Source of the DNA: Marsupella aquatica
Taxonomy: Eukaryota > Plantae > Marchantiophyta
Assembly (NCBI GenBank): GCA_973895155.1
Contig: OZ316899.1
Coordinates: forward strand, 16,705,974 to 16,769,973
Direction: 5' to 3'
Length of the DNA: 64,000 bases
Position 1 is the stretch's first letter; each line of letters begins with the position of its first letter. Of the stretch, positions 36,350 through 49,800 are shown piece by piece. A model generated the notes under the pieces. That model searched no databases and had not been told where the DNA came from. It saw nothing but the letters and a program-made list of their open reading frames with translations. The position numbers and the translations under genes were made by a program.

Positions 36350-36725
36350 TACGCTAACCCGAGTTACATATCTAACCCGAGTTTGGCTAACCTAGCTATC
36401 CTATCTAACCCAAGTAGAGCTAACCCGTGGTCTCGGGTTAGGCCGCTGCCCACTATCTGCTAACCTAGAATAAACTGAGCCCGAACCCGAGCTTACCTAT
36501 GCTAACCCAAGCCCAAGTTTAGGCTAACCCGAGTTCAGTCTAACCCGGGATCAATCTAACCCAAACCCGAGTTAAGCCTAAGCTGAAGCTATGCTGATCT
36601 GAGCTAAGTTGAAGCCATGCTGACCTGAGCTAAGCTGAAGCCGTGCTCACATAAGATAAGCCGTGGCCGAGCTTAGGTTAACCCGAAACTAAATCCGCTA
36701 ATTTCGGCCACAAGTTAACCCGTCA
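36350..36725 (+). repeat. Degenerate array of (C)TAACCCGAG-like motifs plus 26-bp tandem units in the Gypsy 3' UTR
   Basis: More than 10 TAACCC(G/A)(A/G) copies; GCTAAG.TGAAGC..TGCTGA.CTGA about 3 times at ~36575-36650. Confidence 0.8.
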
Positions 36726-37347
36726 CACTAATCAGGCCGTATCTTTCTTAATACACCTCCATTTCCCAAGTGTTTTATATTAATTTTACTCGCCTTGACC
36801 AGATCTTTCCAATGCTCTTTACAGATCCGGATTTGGTGACGTATTGAATGAGATATGGTCACCGGCCACCCGCGACATAGCCTTTTATTTCCCTAACATT
36901 CTAAGACTAGACTATGAACCACTAACCTAACTAACAAAATGAAGCTACACACCCAAGATATTTAGATTTCATCCTGAGAACAATCACCATACCCCATAGC
37001 TTCATATTCAGCTATGGAGACTCGCTTCCTTGAATTACCACGCCTACCTCCGTACCGGCCTCTTGAAGAGCCTCAATGCTCCATCTTGCTTGTAAAGAAG
37101 ATGGTATGCTTGAAGAGTTGAATCCTCTCTTCCCTAGTTTCTCCTTTGTGGTCTTGACAGTGACTACCTCAACAATGTCTGCCTTGGTTGTGCAGTCTTC
37201 AAGTTGAAATACCTTTATCCCTACTCTTAACGCCATGATTGCCCTTATTCTTGCCAACTTGCTAATTGTTATGCAATATCAACAGCTACTCCTTGCATAC
37301 AATAGTCTAGTTAATCAGATTATAGAATAAGGACCATGTCATTGGCG

Positions 37348-40300
37348 TCACACCTTCGATCCTGTCTGAACTTCCTTCTTTTTGGCCAAATCTGAGTCTA
37401 AGTCCTTTGAGTGCGCCTGGACCAGCGCCTCATCTTCATTTTCACTCAAGTCGGAACTTGAGTCCATTCCTTTATCAGTTCCTTTATCAGCATAAGGTAC
37501 TTGGTGAATAGTCCCATCCAACTCTCGAATAGTATATAGGTAGCATTCGGGTGAACAGTCACCACCACATATGGACCTTGCCACCTTCAAGCAAACTTGT
37601 TTTGACTCAAGTGTTGCTCGTCCAACTTGCTCTTGTAAATCAAACCCAATCTCATTCCTTAACCAAAACCGGCCTCAAACAATGAGTCTGATCGAACCTC
37701 GCCTTGTTCCTTAGCCTCGCCATCTTCAATTGCTTCTGAGCTGCTTCGATCTTTGCAGGTAACAATCCAAAATGCTCGATCCTTCGAGCTAGCAACTCTT
37801 CTCTCAAAACTTTATCTTTCCATCCAATCAATCGCCAACTACAAATGTCCTCCTCAAGAGGCATCATCGGCAAATATCCAGTAAGCAACTCAGTAGGAAC
37901 ATACCCAGTAACAGAACTGCAGGTCATCCGATCCGCCAGTAAGGCAAGTGGAAGAAGGCTCGACCACCTGCCAAAATCCCCATCGCAGGCCTTTGCCAAT
38001 GCACTAATGATCTAAATATGACCTCTTTTGGATTTCCCATTGCCTTCCGGATTGTAACTCAAAGTAAGCTTCAACTTGATTCGGTACTGGTAAAAAAACT
38101 CTTGAGCTTCCTTGGAGCTCAGGTCCCCCCTACCGGCTCTCATCCTTGTAAAACACCCATGTCTTGCAATGATATCATCCAAAATGAATTGGCAAATAGC
38201 AGCGGTTGTATTGGTAACCAAAGCTCTCCCTTCAACGTAAGAAGACAAGTCTTCTCTTGCCAAAACCAAGTATCTTGCCCCATTGCTTTCTCTTGGCATG
38301 TACACCACATCAACTGCCCACTGAAAATGTAGTGCCACCGGGTAAGTTGGAACCAACCCATCTCTATGTCGGATCCTCGAATAGAACTGGCAGACTTCAC
38401 AAGGCTCCACATAATCCTGAACGCTCAAGTACAAACCAGGCCACCAGTAATGCTTCCTGATTTTGTCATAAGTCGCTTGAACCCCTCTGTGTCCAGCAAC
38501 TTCCGCATCATGACTTTCCTTTGGAATTTGATCTTTCTGTGTCTTTGTATCCACAACCCTTTGAAGTAACAGTCCTGGTTCCTTTGACCTTTGCCATAGG
38601 TAACCCTCTTTCAACAGGAATTTGTAAGACCTCTTTTGAATTCTTACAAACTCCTTGTAATCCCATTCTGGTTGCTTCTCAAGAGTATCGATATACCTTC
38701 CAACATCCAGCAGCTCTCCCAAATAGAGTTCCTCCTTAAACTCTAACTTCCCATCAGATTCAGAACTGGTCGCCCTACTCACTCGAGCCTCAACCTCATT
38801 TCCGAACCTGGCTCTCGAAAGCATATCAGCAACCGGGTTATCCTTTCCAGCAACTTTATGACTCAACTCAGGGTCAAACATCCGAATGAAAGCAATCCAT
38901 CTAAGCATCGCTATATCCGGCGTATTGCAGTTTGCTATCATTCCCAGTAACGATTGACAATCGGTCTCAATCACCACTGGGGATCCAATCAGGTAATTCC
39001 TCTCTTGATGGAGCGCCACTTTGGCACCCCAAAGCTCCCACTTCACTTGGGCATATCTCCTTTGTCTCTCCGTAAAGATCTTAGCCCCAAACCTAATCGC
39101 ATATCTCTCGCCTTTCTCATTGTCCTGTCCAATAGCCCATCCAATCGCGAATGGGTTCACATCAATGGTAACTATCAATGGTCTCCCGCACTCATAATCC
39201 GCAGGTCAAAGCACCAGAGGGCTCATGAGAGCACTCTTCAACCTCGACATTGCCTCACTGTGTTTAGGTAACCATTGCCACTTAACTCATTTTCTTAGCA
39301 ACTCATAGAGCGGATCTGCAAGGTGCGAGAAATGAGGAATCCAGATCTTGTAAAACACACAAGCACCCAAAAACCTTTAAACTTCCGGCGCCGACTTGCA
39401 ATCCTTCATCTTACTTATAGCCATCACCTTATCCATGTTCGGTTTCCGCCCATAAGCTCCGCACATCTGACCAACAACCTTCACCTCTCTCATTCCAAAC
39501 TCAGACTTCTCCCCCAAAAGAGTAAGTCCAACCTCAATCAGTTTCCCAAGAATGGGCTTGACGTCAACAATGTGGTCCCACACAAATTGCCGGATCCCAT
39601 CACTCCTCAAGGTCACATCCTTAGTCTCATCCAAGCAACCCTTAATCAGAACATCATCAATAACAGTCTCGCCTTTTCTAGAATGAACGGTTCCAGAACT
39701 TTACTCATCACATTCTGCATATGCGCCACTGAGTTAGTCGCCCCTTACGGAAGAGTGCACATCCACAAGAGGCCCAAAGGAGTCCTCATAGTCATTATGT
39801 CTTGACTTCCTACGACAATTGAAACTGATCATAGCCCGAAAACAGATCACCCATAGAGTAGATTGCCCTCCCGGAAAACTCCTTGGTAAATTCATCCACG
39901 AGTGGTCCTACTCTCACATTCCTGATCATCACTTTGTTTGGCGGCTGCATGTCTTGGATGAACCTCAAACTCCCATTCTTTTTCCAAACTGTAAACCATC
40001 TGTTCGAGTATGGAGCATCCGACCTCTCGAGAATCCCAACACTTAGCTTTTCCTTCAATAGTTCCACCAATTTTGGAGCCAAAGCCCGTAGAACGGCAAT
40101 TGGCTTCAGATCCCACGGCACATGCAGGACAACAAAGATGATCATTGGTGTCACCTTATTTGGATCTGCACAACCGTTCTCATCAATTGAGAACGAGAAA
40201 GCTTTGCCATGTTCCACAATCATGTTTTGAAACACTTCCTGTTGCACCTCAGTAAGCAGCCCATCAAAACCTATTCTGAGTCTCGCTAGACTCTCCTGGG

Positions 40301-42160
40301 TAAACTTATGCCCTATTTGTTCTTCCGGTCTCAATCTCGGTTCTAGTCTGGCTCGTTCCATCACCTCCATTGCATTATCCGACAAAGGTATCGCTGCGGG
40401 TCTCATCTTCTTGTCGACGGTCTTGTACTATTTGTTTGAATAGACGATCTCAGAGACGAGCGAGTACTGATACTCGCTCAACTCTATTTCCATCTTCCCA
40501 CTTTCCAAGTCAGAAACCACACTCTCGAGTGGCTCGTCGCATTCGGTTTCCACCAAAACGCCTTCCAGACTCTCATCATCATCAAGCTTGTTAGACTCAA
40601 CCAAACTCTAACTAGCTTCTTTCACATATCTCTTATGCCGCCCAGTCATCTCACTCCCACCAACATAGGTAACTTCACTAGTCCAAGTGCAACCTACAAA
40701 CAAATTGAAAAAACACTTGTTATCTTGTGGAGCCAAAACACAAGCACTCCACTTGTCCACAAACTTCAGCAGAGCGCAAACCCGTTTCCCTGTTCCCTTT
40801 CCTCTTTAGAGTTCCTCTCGACCTCAGTCCTTGGTTCTTGCAATTCCTTCCGGTTTCGCACATTTCCAGGGAACACAACAGGGAACTGCACCACCTGGAT
40901 CCCATCGCTGCTCCAAATCTTCACCATGTAAGTAGTATCATCGAGTACCTTGGTCTCCATTCTCAACGCAGTTATGAATGGCATGCCCAAAATGATTGGG
41001 AATGATAACAGCTCATGAACAAAAATATTACAAGGTTGGGCCACATTACCAAACTTCACAATAACATCAGGACAGCCACCCCAAAGGAAATCCCTCATGG
41101 AACTCACAGAATTCACAGCCCAAACCAACTCCTTATCAATCATCCATTGCCCTTTCTCATAAACACTCTTAGACATCAAGTTAATCTCGGAACCTGAGTC
41201 AAACAAGGCCCTCACTCTGCCTTTCATTCCCCTTATTTTGCACTCGCCTTCTGGACAAGCCCTTGCCCAGTGCCCATCTCAGTAAGAGAAACCTTCCTTT
41301 GTCGTTCCAAAGCCTGCAAACGACCTTACCTGAACCTTAGTTGCTTGACTTTTGACTCTGGCCACGACCCTATTGTCGAGCGCAATTCTGACTTTGTTCT
41401 TTCCAGCTTCTTCCTTGAACTCCTCGTTTGCATCCTCAAACTCATCATCAGTGTCTGCATCAACAATGGTCGCATAAGTCCAAAATCCACCCAAGTCCAA
41501 CCCTCAGGCCTCCCCCATCAAGGTATGAGGTCCCTCTTTGTATATCCGTTTTCTCTTTGACCTCTCCAAAATGGCGTCCTGGATCTCTCGCTTCATGCTC
41601 CCAAATAGCTCAGCATTGGTAAACCCTTGAGTCTGCTGGCTCCAACACTTTTTGGCCACCATTTCTGGATACATGGCTTGATCCAAATCTCTTTCGAGCA
41701 CCCAACCCAGATCCTTCCTAATCGGCTTTTCAGCAACCGGTTGCTTCTCTATGTCCTCTTCCTCTTCGAACCTAACCTTTCTCTCTTGTTCACAAGTTTC
41801 CCGTCTTTCTCGTTCCCCCGACTGCAATGGGGTATCATCCTCATCAGTTTTCCTCCATTTAGAGTTTGCTTCTATGTCCCAAGCCACTCCTACTTTGACC
41901 GTAATCATATTGATCAGAACCGGGTCCTCCCATCTCGACTTCTCTCGAACACAATCCGCCAATCTCTTGTAAAACTCATCCGACTCGATCACAGGGCCAT
42001 CCAACTCGATATTGTAAACGTTTGCTTCCACATGTGAAGAGGATGCCTCTGCACTTCTCTTGTCGGCCCGCTTCTCGACCAATGCCTTCATCCCTCCCTT
42101 GTTTGAATTGAAGGGAATCAGCTCTTCATTGTCCGGAAATGATATCTTCGTTTGGCCAAT
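37348..42160 (-). pseudogene. Gypsy gag C-terminus and pol (protease, RT, RNase H, integrase), fragmented
   Basis: ALFDSGSEINLM (protease); WKKNGSLRFIQDMQ..GDLFSGYDQ (RT); IDVNPFAIGW..ETDCQSL..NPVADMLSR (RNase H); HDAEVAGH..CEVC, WAVDVVYM, YNPEGNGK (integrase). Confidence 0.92.
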
Positions 42161-45100
42161 TATCGCACCCCTACCCTGGGCCTTAAATCCGGGTTAGTGT
42201 CGTGGTGCGACCTTGACCACCAGTAGGGGTGAGGGTTTGGGCAAGGAGGTGTGTAGTGACCTTCAATAGCCCTAAGTCGGGCTAAGCCGCTATACTTACT
42301 GGTATAACACTCGCATAATTCGTACTTGTCATAGGTATATTTATTTTCCACCGCTGGAATTTTCCCTCAGTTAGTGACGCGGACTAACTCCCGACTTGGG
42401 GCTTTTCAAGCCATCGACGTGACAGGACCTTGTGACATGCAATGAGTGGCAATCCCTACCATTAGTCCGCACCCGGTACGTCCCTTAAAATGGCGCCTTT
42501 GCCCGGACGAAGCATACACACAACACCAGTTACTCTCAGAAACATTAAGGGGAAAAGACTACATTTACTCAGCGAAGCATCAGTTTACATGGTTGACTCG
42601 ACTTCAAAGGGGGTCAACAGGCCCAACGGCAGTCGATGCCCAGTCTCTACGAGGCCCTGCCTCGCACTTGCCCAGCAAGCTCGACTCTGGCTCTCACTCC
42701 TTGGTACGCTCTGACCCTACTCAGGCCGAGACTCCCCGTGCCTCGCCTTTCTTCTGCTGAGATAACTAAGCCTTCTCCCCCTTCCCATCGCGGAAGGGGG
42801 AGCCTAAATACCACCATAGCGGAAGAGAACCGGAGGATACTACCTTCCGGGGTACTACCTACTGACTAACTAACTACTGACTACTGGTCGCGCTGCACTG
42901 ACCGGTTGACCGTTGACTACGAGTGTGCCAACCGGAATGGCAGCGGCCAAGCCTACTGACAAACTCTAGTCCGTTGATGGACTCAATCCTACGTTGGCTG
43001 ATCCTAACTGACCGGCCCTAAGTCTTCCTACTGCCGCTAATCGGCGCCTAATGACAGTCATTCTGTCGTTACGCCTAACTAAAAGATGCCGCTGACTTAA
43101 CCGCCTCGCGCGGCGCCTGCTTCTACCATTCGCTAACTACCCCTTACGTGTGTGCAGTGGTTGGACCCGGGCTGGTCCCCTTGTCGGGGCGAGACCTCGA
43201 GCCGCCTTGATCAGAGGTGGGCCCAGGTTTTCCCCGCTGGAGGACGAGCAGGGTGACGCGGTCCTGCAAAGCCTTGTTGTCCCGTAATGCTTCCTCCACC
43301 TCGTTTGCAGCTTCATCGGCTTTAGTCTGGAGCCGCGCCACCTCCAAGTTGAGCTGGTCGATGGCGTCGCGATGGACCTGGTCCTGCGCTAGCAATTTAT
43401 CTCGTTCGGCGGAGAGACTAGCCACCTGCTGTGCTGCCGGTCAGGCTGGTAACCCGAGCCGAAGATTTTGAGCGTAATTGAAGCATGGTGTCATCCAGCT
43501 TCTTGAGTTCGGCCTGCGCTCCACTTAACTCCTGGGTTAGTCCGTCCCTCTGTTCGACAGTGCGGACTAAATCCTCGCGGCGGGTCGTTGCCTCTTCCTC
43601 GAGGTGCTCTACCAGCATCTGGAGACGCCCGATCTCATTCCCCTTCGCCATGAGTTCTTCTTCCAAGCGGTTGACGATCCGTGGTTGGTGCTCTAACATG
43701 AAGAAGGCTGGCTGAAAGTATGCCGAGACTTGTTGTCCGATGTATGTCGCCAACTCTCCAGACATAGTCTGGCTAAACTTCTGGACCAGGTCGTAGGCCA
43801 TGGTCCCCGGGGCTACTTGGTAGTCCTCCATCCTCTCGGGTACCGGTGGTTCCTCGGCAGGGGCAATGAGCTCCTCCGTAGTCAGCGCTGGGGAGGGGAA
43901 GGTTTCTTCAGGTGGTGGAGGGATTGGGGGTGGTTGTACTGCAGGTAGCGGAGGCTCAACGGAAGGAGGCGGTGGAATTTCCACAGGGGGCGGTTGCGGA
44001 GTATTAGTCGGGGCTTCCGACTCGGGGTTTGTCCGAGGGACAGTAGTCCGCGTAGTCGGGGTTGCCTCCTCTGGGGCGGGGGTGACATTACCCGGGGCTG
44101 AGGTGGCCGTATTCTTTCCTCTGGCCTCCCGCCGTGCCTTGTACCAGGCGAGGATAATGGCGATATGACTTCCCAAGTAAGTCTTCCCTCCAATAGCCAT
44201 ACCACCCTGAGCCCGCTTCAGCTCCCCCGAGAATCTTTGGTAGAAGAATTGGGCCCAGTTTCGTCGTTTGTACTGTTCCACCTGCACTATCGTGCAGAGG
44301 GAAATCTCGGATCGTGGCTCAATCATGTGTAGGGTAGTCCGTATGAAGTTAAGCCGCTCCATACAGGTTAAGTTGGTGCAGGCCCCCTGCTTGTATCCGT
44401 TGTCCGTCTTACCCTCGGGTTTGAAGTGCCGCGGCGTATACTCCTTATCCCGAATTCGGATTTCCACCGGCATCGGCCCGGTTGGTAGGCCAAAAATTTG
44501 CGTTAACCGATGCTCTGTGAGTGATAAGGTCTGCCCCGAAACCTTGGTGGTTGACGCATCAGTGTCGAAATTGGAGATGAACTCACAAATCTCCTTCGGC
44601 CCGGCGGTGCACGGCCTCCATAGTAAGTGGGCGAACCGCTCCAACTGATGCTCCTTGAGATAGTCCGCATGTTCGAGTTTCTTGATCGCGATCCAGACTA
44701 CCTCGGGGACGCGGATTACCTGTAATAAGTTGGACTTCGGGTTATCCGGGGGCCGTCGGGTCTGGTTGGTCGGGGGGTTTGCCGGGGTAGGTGCAGGCGT
44801 GGCGTCGGTCCGTGTTGATTCGGGGGCCGTCGTAGTCCTTGACCGCTTACGAGGACGTTGTTCGAGCTGCGGACTAGCTCGCTCGGAACCCGAAGAACAC
44901 TCCGCGTTGATTACCGGACGGACTTGGGACTGGTTCGGCGGTACTCCGGTGGTCATCGGTTGAGGCGCTGGGGTAGCCATATCCCAGTTGAAGGCGTTGG
45001 AGCTTTCCCCGAGGAACGTGAGATTACACGCCGCTTCCCGTTGTCTGCTGATGTCTTCTTGGCGCTTTTCGGCTGCGATCTGCTGGTCTAGGTACCCCGA

Positions 45101-45975
45101 AATCTTGTCGAACTCCGCTTGAGTAAGCCGCTGGTTGCCCTTCAGCTTAAAGAACTTAGCTGGAACCTCAAGAATCGCCTCTGCTACCGATCTAAGCCCT
45201 TCCTTGCTGAGATATAGTTCGGTGATGTAGTCTCGCAGCTCGTTATAGCTAGAATCCCTGGTGATGGCTGTTCTTTCGCAATTAACCAGTGCTACCTTGG
45301 TTACCAGCTTCGCGTACCTTCGTTCGTAAGCGGCTTTCTCGGGGCAAGAGTACCAGTAAGTCTCGGAGAACTTAGCACCTACCTCGCCAAACAAGGTCCA
45401 AAATCCCAAGGCTGTGAGGGTCATACTAACCTCGTAGTCCGGTTCGTTGCGTCCACGTTCCCACCTGGCTGGTCCTTTTTCGCGGAGGCCTCGCTCGTCC
45501 TGACTAAATCTCGCCACATTCCGCTCTTCTCCCTCGATAATTTCCTCGTAAAGGTCGACTGGATTCAATCAAAAAGGCGAGCGGATGGCAGCATCCGTGA
45601 ATTCCAAAAAGGTAAACGTGAGCGAATGGCCCGCAGTGCCATCGGCTCCTCTCTTATGGGGGTGCCCGGACGAGCCCGAGCGTGAGAAGGTCAGGCCGTT
45701 TGGTCATTGATAACGAGCTGAAGTCGGCGTCTCGGTCCAAGCGTGATTCTTCTAACTGATTTTTACTCCGCTACCGCCACCGTACCTCGGTCGTGCGTAA
45801 TAATCCCTTTCCTGAACTCGTAATTATTCGGTTATCTTAACCTACTCCTAATCTAATCATAATGGCAACTTGACGGCTATACGTGCTATTCTACGCTATG
45901 GCTACGGTCCTAATGACCGTATAAGTCCTAATCTACGACCTGGGTTCGGTCAAGTGACACGTTACCCGTGTCACA
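42161..45975 (-). mobile_element. Family-C ORF-bearing solo LTR (3815 bp) inserted in the Gypsy gag
   Basis: TSD CCAAT (42156-42160 / 45976-45980). Minus-strand termini TGTGACAC...GTGCGATA (terminal CA>TA). No gag/pol inside. Confidence 0.9.
43144..45568 (-). CDS. Family-C LTR-encoded protein (N-domain, Transposase_32/PMD-like core, coiled coil); one frameshift near 43430
   Basis: 716-aa ORF 43418-45568 continued by 43144-43425, which matches the family-B C-terminus EVARLQTKA. Core EFISNFD..KVSGQTLSLTE..IFGLP..NGY..C..ERLNF.R..H..EPR.EIS..QV..W..GGK.YLGSH. Confidence 0.85.
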
Positions 45976-46867
45976 CCAATCTCTCCGGTGAACTTGACCA
46001 GCCCCTTATCAGCTGCTTCCTTTAGATCCTGACATTCCCTCTTGTCATGATCCTTACTATCGCACCACATGCATGGCCAACTTAGGGTCTCTTGCCTCCT
46101 CCCTGGGAAACTTCCAGCCTTTGGCTTCAGATCCTCAGCCAAATGCGAAGTCAGGATTTTCAGGTTTTGCATCATTTCCGCAAGATAATCTATTACCGGC
46201 AATACTTCCTCCTTAGCTAGTTCCCATTTTGCCTTAGCCAACAATGGTTCAGGCACCTTTAGCTCATGAGTCGTAGCTTCCTTGTCCAACTCTCGCCTCC
46301 GGTGCCGATTGCTCACTTTTGACACCGCCTTTTCCACTTGGTTCCAATCGTTTGACAAGGTCACCCTAGTTGGCTCCAGTAGCTCCATCGCATTTTCCAG
46401 TTCCTCCTTGAGATCCTCATCCGCTGCTCTCAAGAAGAGAGTGGAGCGCTACATCTCAATGATCCCAACATCCCTCTTTGGTAATTGGGACACCTTATGC
46501 TTGAATTCTCTTAACAACTCTTGCGGACCTTTCAGCTTCTTATTATGATCATTCACCCAATCAAGAAACGTGGCTTGAGTGACTCTATCAGCATCCTTAG
46601 CTTGGAACTCCTCTTTCATCCTGGAATCAAAATCTTCTCAATTCTCATCCGATTCAATGATCGACTTTACCGTGGAGGTTAGCTCTGGCTCCACCAAAAC
46701 AAGGAACTCCTTCATGGCTGTATCCTCATTGAACTTATAGACAGTTGCTTCTGTCAGGTAACTCTTCAGGTAGTTACTTGTTACGTTCCTTCCATCAAAT
46801 TGCCCTTTTACTTTCAAAACCTCTTGGAGACAACAAGTTGTTCTGCCCGCATCTTTGTTCTCCTTCT
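45976..46867 (-). pseudogene. Gypsy gag middle part
   Basis: FDGRNVT..YL and CMWCDSKDHDKREC knuckle. Rejoins the gag start (51531-51620, MGESDEID..EEIEAEK) across A2 and continues at 42160 across C. Confidence 0.85.
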
Positions 46868-49800
46868 TGTGGTGCGTCCCATGGCTCCCTAAACCCAAGA
46901 AACCCCCCAGCTCAAGCCGATTCCCGCAGGTTTCGCGCTTGGCGAGGCCGTTTCCGCGGCTTAGCGGCATGGGACGCTGCTAACCTTCTACTACTACTAT
47001 TAACATTTTACACACATATACTGGACAGATCCTTCATCGGGTCATGAGATACGTAGCCGGCCTAATATAGGCCTTCCCCTGTCTTCCCCTGTCTTCCCCT
47101 CCGTCTTGTTAGGTATGTTTGGATTCCGCCGCCGGAATGATCCCCAATAGGCTTGGTTAAGCCGCTAAGACCTCTCTCAGCTCGACACATCCAACTCTCA
47201 CTCCCCTGCTTACTTTCCTTCCTTCTGTTGATGTGGGCACTCTTCACACAAGTTAATGCGACACACAAATAGCAAAATGACTCATTCTGACTGAGTCATA
47301 CCATGCACTTGCCATACAAACAGTACATCTCATACACAAGTTCTGCGAACTAAGCCGTGAGGCCAACTCTATTCAGCTCTTAGGCATGAGGAAACATGAA
47401 TATACACAAGGGTCACTGTATGACTAACCGAGAGCTTCTCGTACTACTTGATCCCAGCCCGGCTGGTGCAAACTAAAAACTTGCTAAAGAAGAGGCCCTG
47501 AGCTCCCCGCTGCCCAGGTACTTATCCTGGTAGTGGATCCGCCATTCTTTGCATCGTAAGCCTAATCTACTTAACAGTAATCTACTTGCCCGAATCTACC
47601 TATGTACAGCAAGGCAGGAGCACAAGTGTTGCTCCTACCAGTGGGACCGCAATCCCACTAAGCTAAGTGTCAGGGCCGCTCCTGGTTCTGATCCTAATCC
47701 TAAACGTGGAGATCCGTGCCCGCCCTGCCCACTCACGCCTCCTCCCTCCACGTCCGCCCTCCCTAAAAGGAACGGCGCCCTTGCACCGTCACGACACCGG
47801 TGGTGGATCCTCAATGGACGCCCCCAACACTTCCTCCTCAGCCACTGCCGTTGGCCCGCCTACTGACAGATTACCTGCCCTTGACCGAGTCAACTCTCCC
47901 TCGGCCTGACTGGGTCCACCTTCGGCTTCAGCCTCGACACCGGCCTCGGCAATACCCACGGCTTTGGCTTCAGCCACACCCACGGCTTCGGCTTCAGCCA
48001 CTCCCTCGGCTTCGGCCTCCCCTTCCCCTAGGGTAGTTGGATCCTTAGCTGTGACCCTGTCTGGGGTCGGTGCCGGGTCTACCTCCTTGATCACCACGGC
48101 CTGTGAAGTCGTATTACTCCTTGACCCTGAAGGTTTCCGCTTCTTCTTCGTTGGTGGCTCGGCAGCTGGTCCCTTCCCCTTCCCACTTACCTCCGGCACT
48201 GGTGCAGGTGGCGCGGCTTGTCCTTCGGCAATTACCACCCCTGGTAACTGGTTTGTCCCAACAGGAGATGGACCTGCTGCAGCTAAGCATTTAAATACTG
48301 CGGCTTGTTTCTTCAGCCGCTCTGTTTGGTTGTCGGCCCGCCGCTGTAGGTTCTCCATCTTCCTCGTGATTTCCTCCAACTCCTCTTGGGTTTCATCCAG
48401 GTCCTTACGTGCCCCCTCCAGCTCGTTTTTGGCCTCCTCCTGCTCCCTGTGGGCTTCCTCCAATTCCTTCTTCAAGGTAGCCTTCTCCTCCTGGGTTGCT
48501 CTTAGCTCCTTGTCGAGCTCTGCAATGATGACAGACTCCATCTGGTTCATCTTGGCGTAAGTCTGTTTGAGCATCTCGTCCTTCTCCCTTAGGTCGGCCT
48601 TGAAGCTGGCCGTCAGGGATGCAAGCTCCTGCTGCAGCGCCATAATCCCTTGATAGGATTTCCCTAACTCGACCTCCTTCTGCTCAAGGGCTCCGCGGAT
48701 TTTCTCGAGCTCCCCTTTCAACGCCCATTCCTTTCTTTGAGTCTCCGCCATGGCCCGGCTGTTGGCTGTTATGTGGGCCTCCTCTGTATTCTTCAGCTCT
48801 TGCTTCCACTTTTCCCTTTCTTTGATCGTGTCGGCCAACTCTTCCTGCGTCTGAGTCAGTTTATCCTTGATATTCTGATTATCAGCCTGCGCGGCGTCCA
48901 ACTGCCCCTGCATGATGTTCAGCTCATGTCGTTTAATCCGCAGTTCATCTTGGGCTTTCTTGGCCGCCCTTAGATCTTCAATCTCGGCTTCCATCCTCCT
49001 AAGCCGCCGAATGACCTCGTCCTTCTTGCTTCTCTCTAAAGCCACCGCTTCTTCTAATTGGTGCTTCTCCAACTGCTCCCTATGGAAAAAGGGTCCTACC
49101 TCCAACTCCTCTCCAAAGATGCCGAGCGCAAGTTCCCCACACATCTCACCATACTCCATGGCTCTATTCTTAGCGTAGGTGGAGTAAGTAGAAGTGATCG
49201 GCATCGCCCATCGTGGCCTCTGCTCCCAAGCCGTCCTGCGGATCTCTTCAATCGTGGCTAGAGGCTTGCTTCCTTTTTCGGCTAGCCGCCTGATGTCCTC
49301 CGGCCAATCTCCTCCTGGTAAATCCTTTTCCTTAGCCAGGGCGGCCTCTTCCTCCTGCTTGATTCGCTCCTGAAATTCCTGCACCGTCTGTTTTATGCCG
49401 TCGAAGCTCGGGGGAGCAACATCTGGTGGGGGAGACTCAGGGCTACTCTGCTGGTTGGGGTCCCCTCGCACTACCCTTGGAAGTGTGGGGACAAACCGGC
49501 CACAGGTCCTTACTCCTGGAACGTGATGGTCCGACCCATAGCCGGAATTATCATGGCTGCAGTCCTCCACTGCCTCCTCTACCTCTTGGATTTTCGGCTT
49601 CTCCCTCTCCTCTTCCTCGGTAGGAGCTTCAGGCAATTCTGCCTCAGATTCGGAGCTTGAGGTTCCCACGTACATTCGAACACCTGGCTTGGATTCCGGC
49701 CTGATTCTCTCGTCTCCAGCAAAGGGGTTTTCTCTTGTGAGCCGGTGTAGGCCTACCTCTGTAGTAGTGTCCGGCATTGTTGCCGTTGCCGTTGTTGTTG

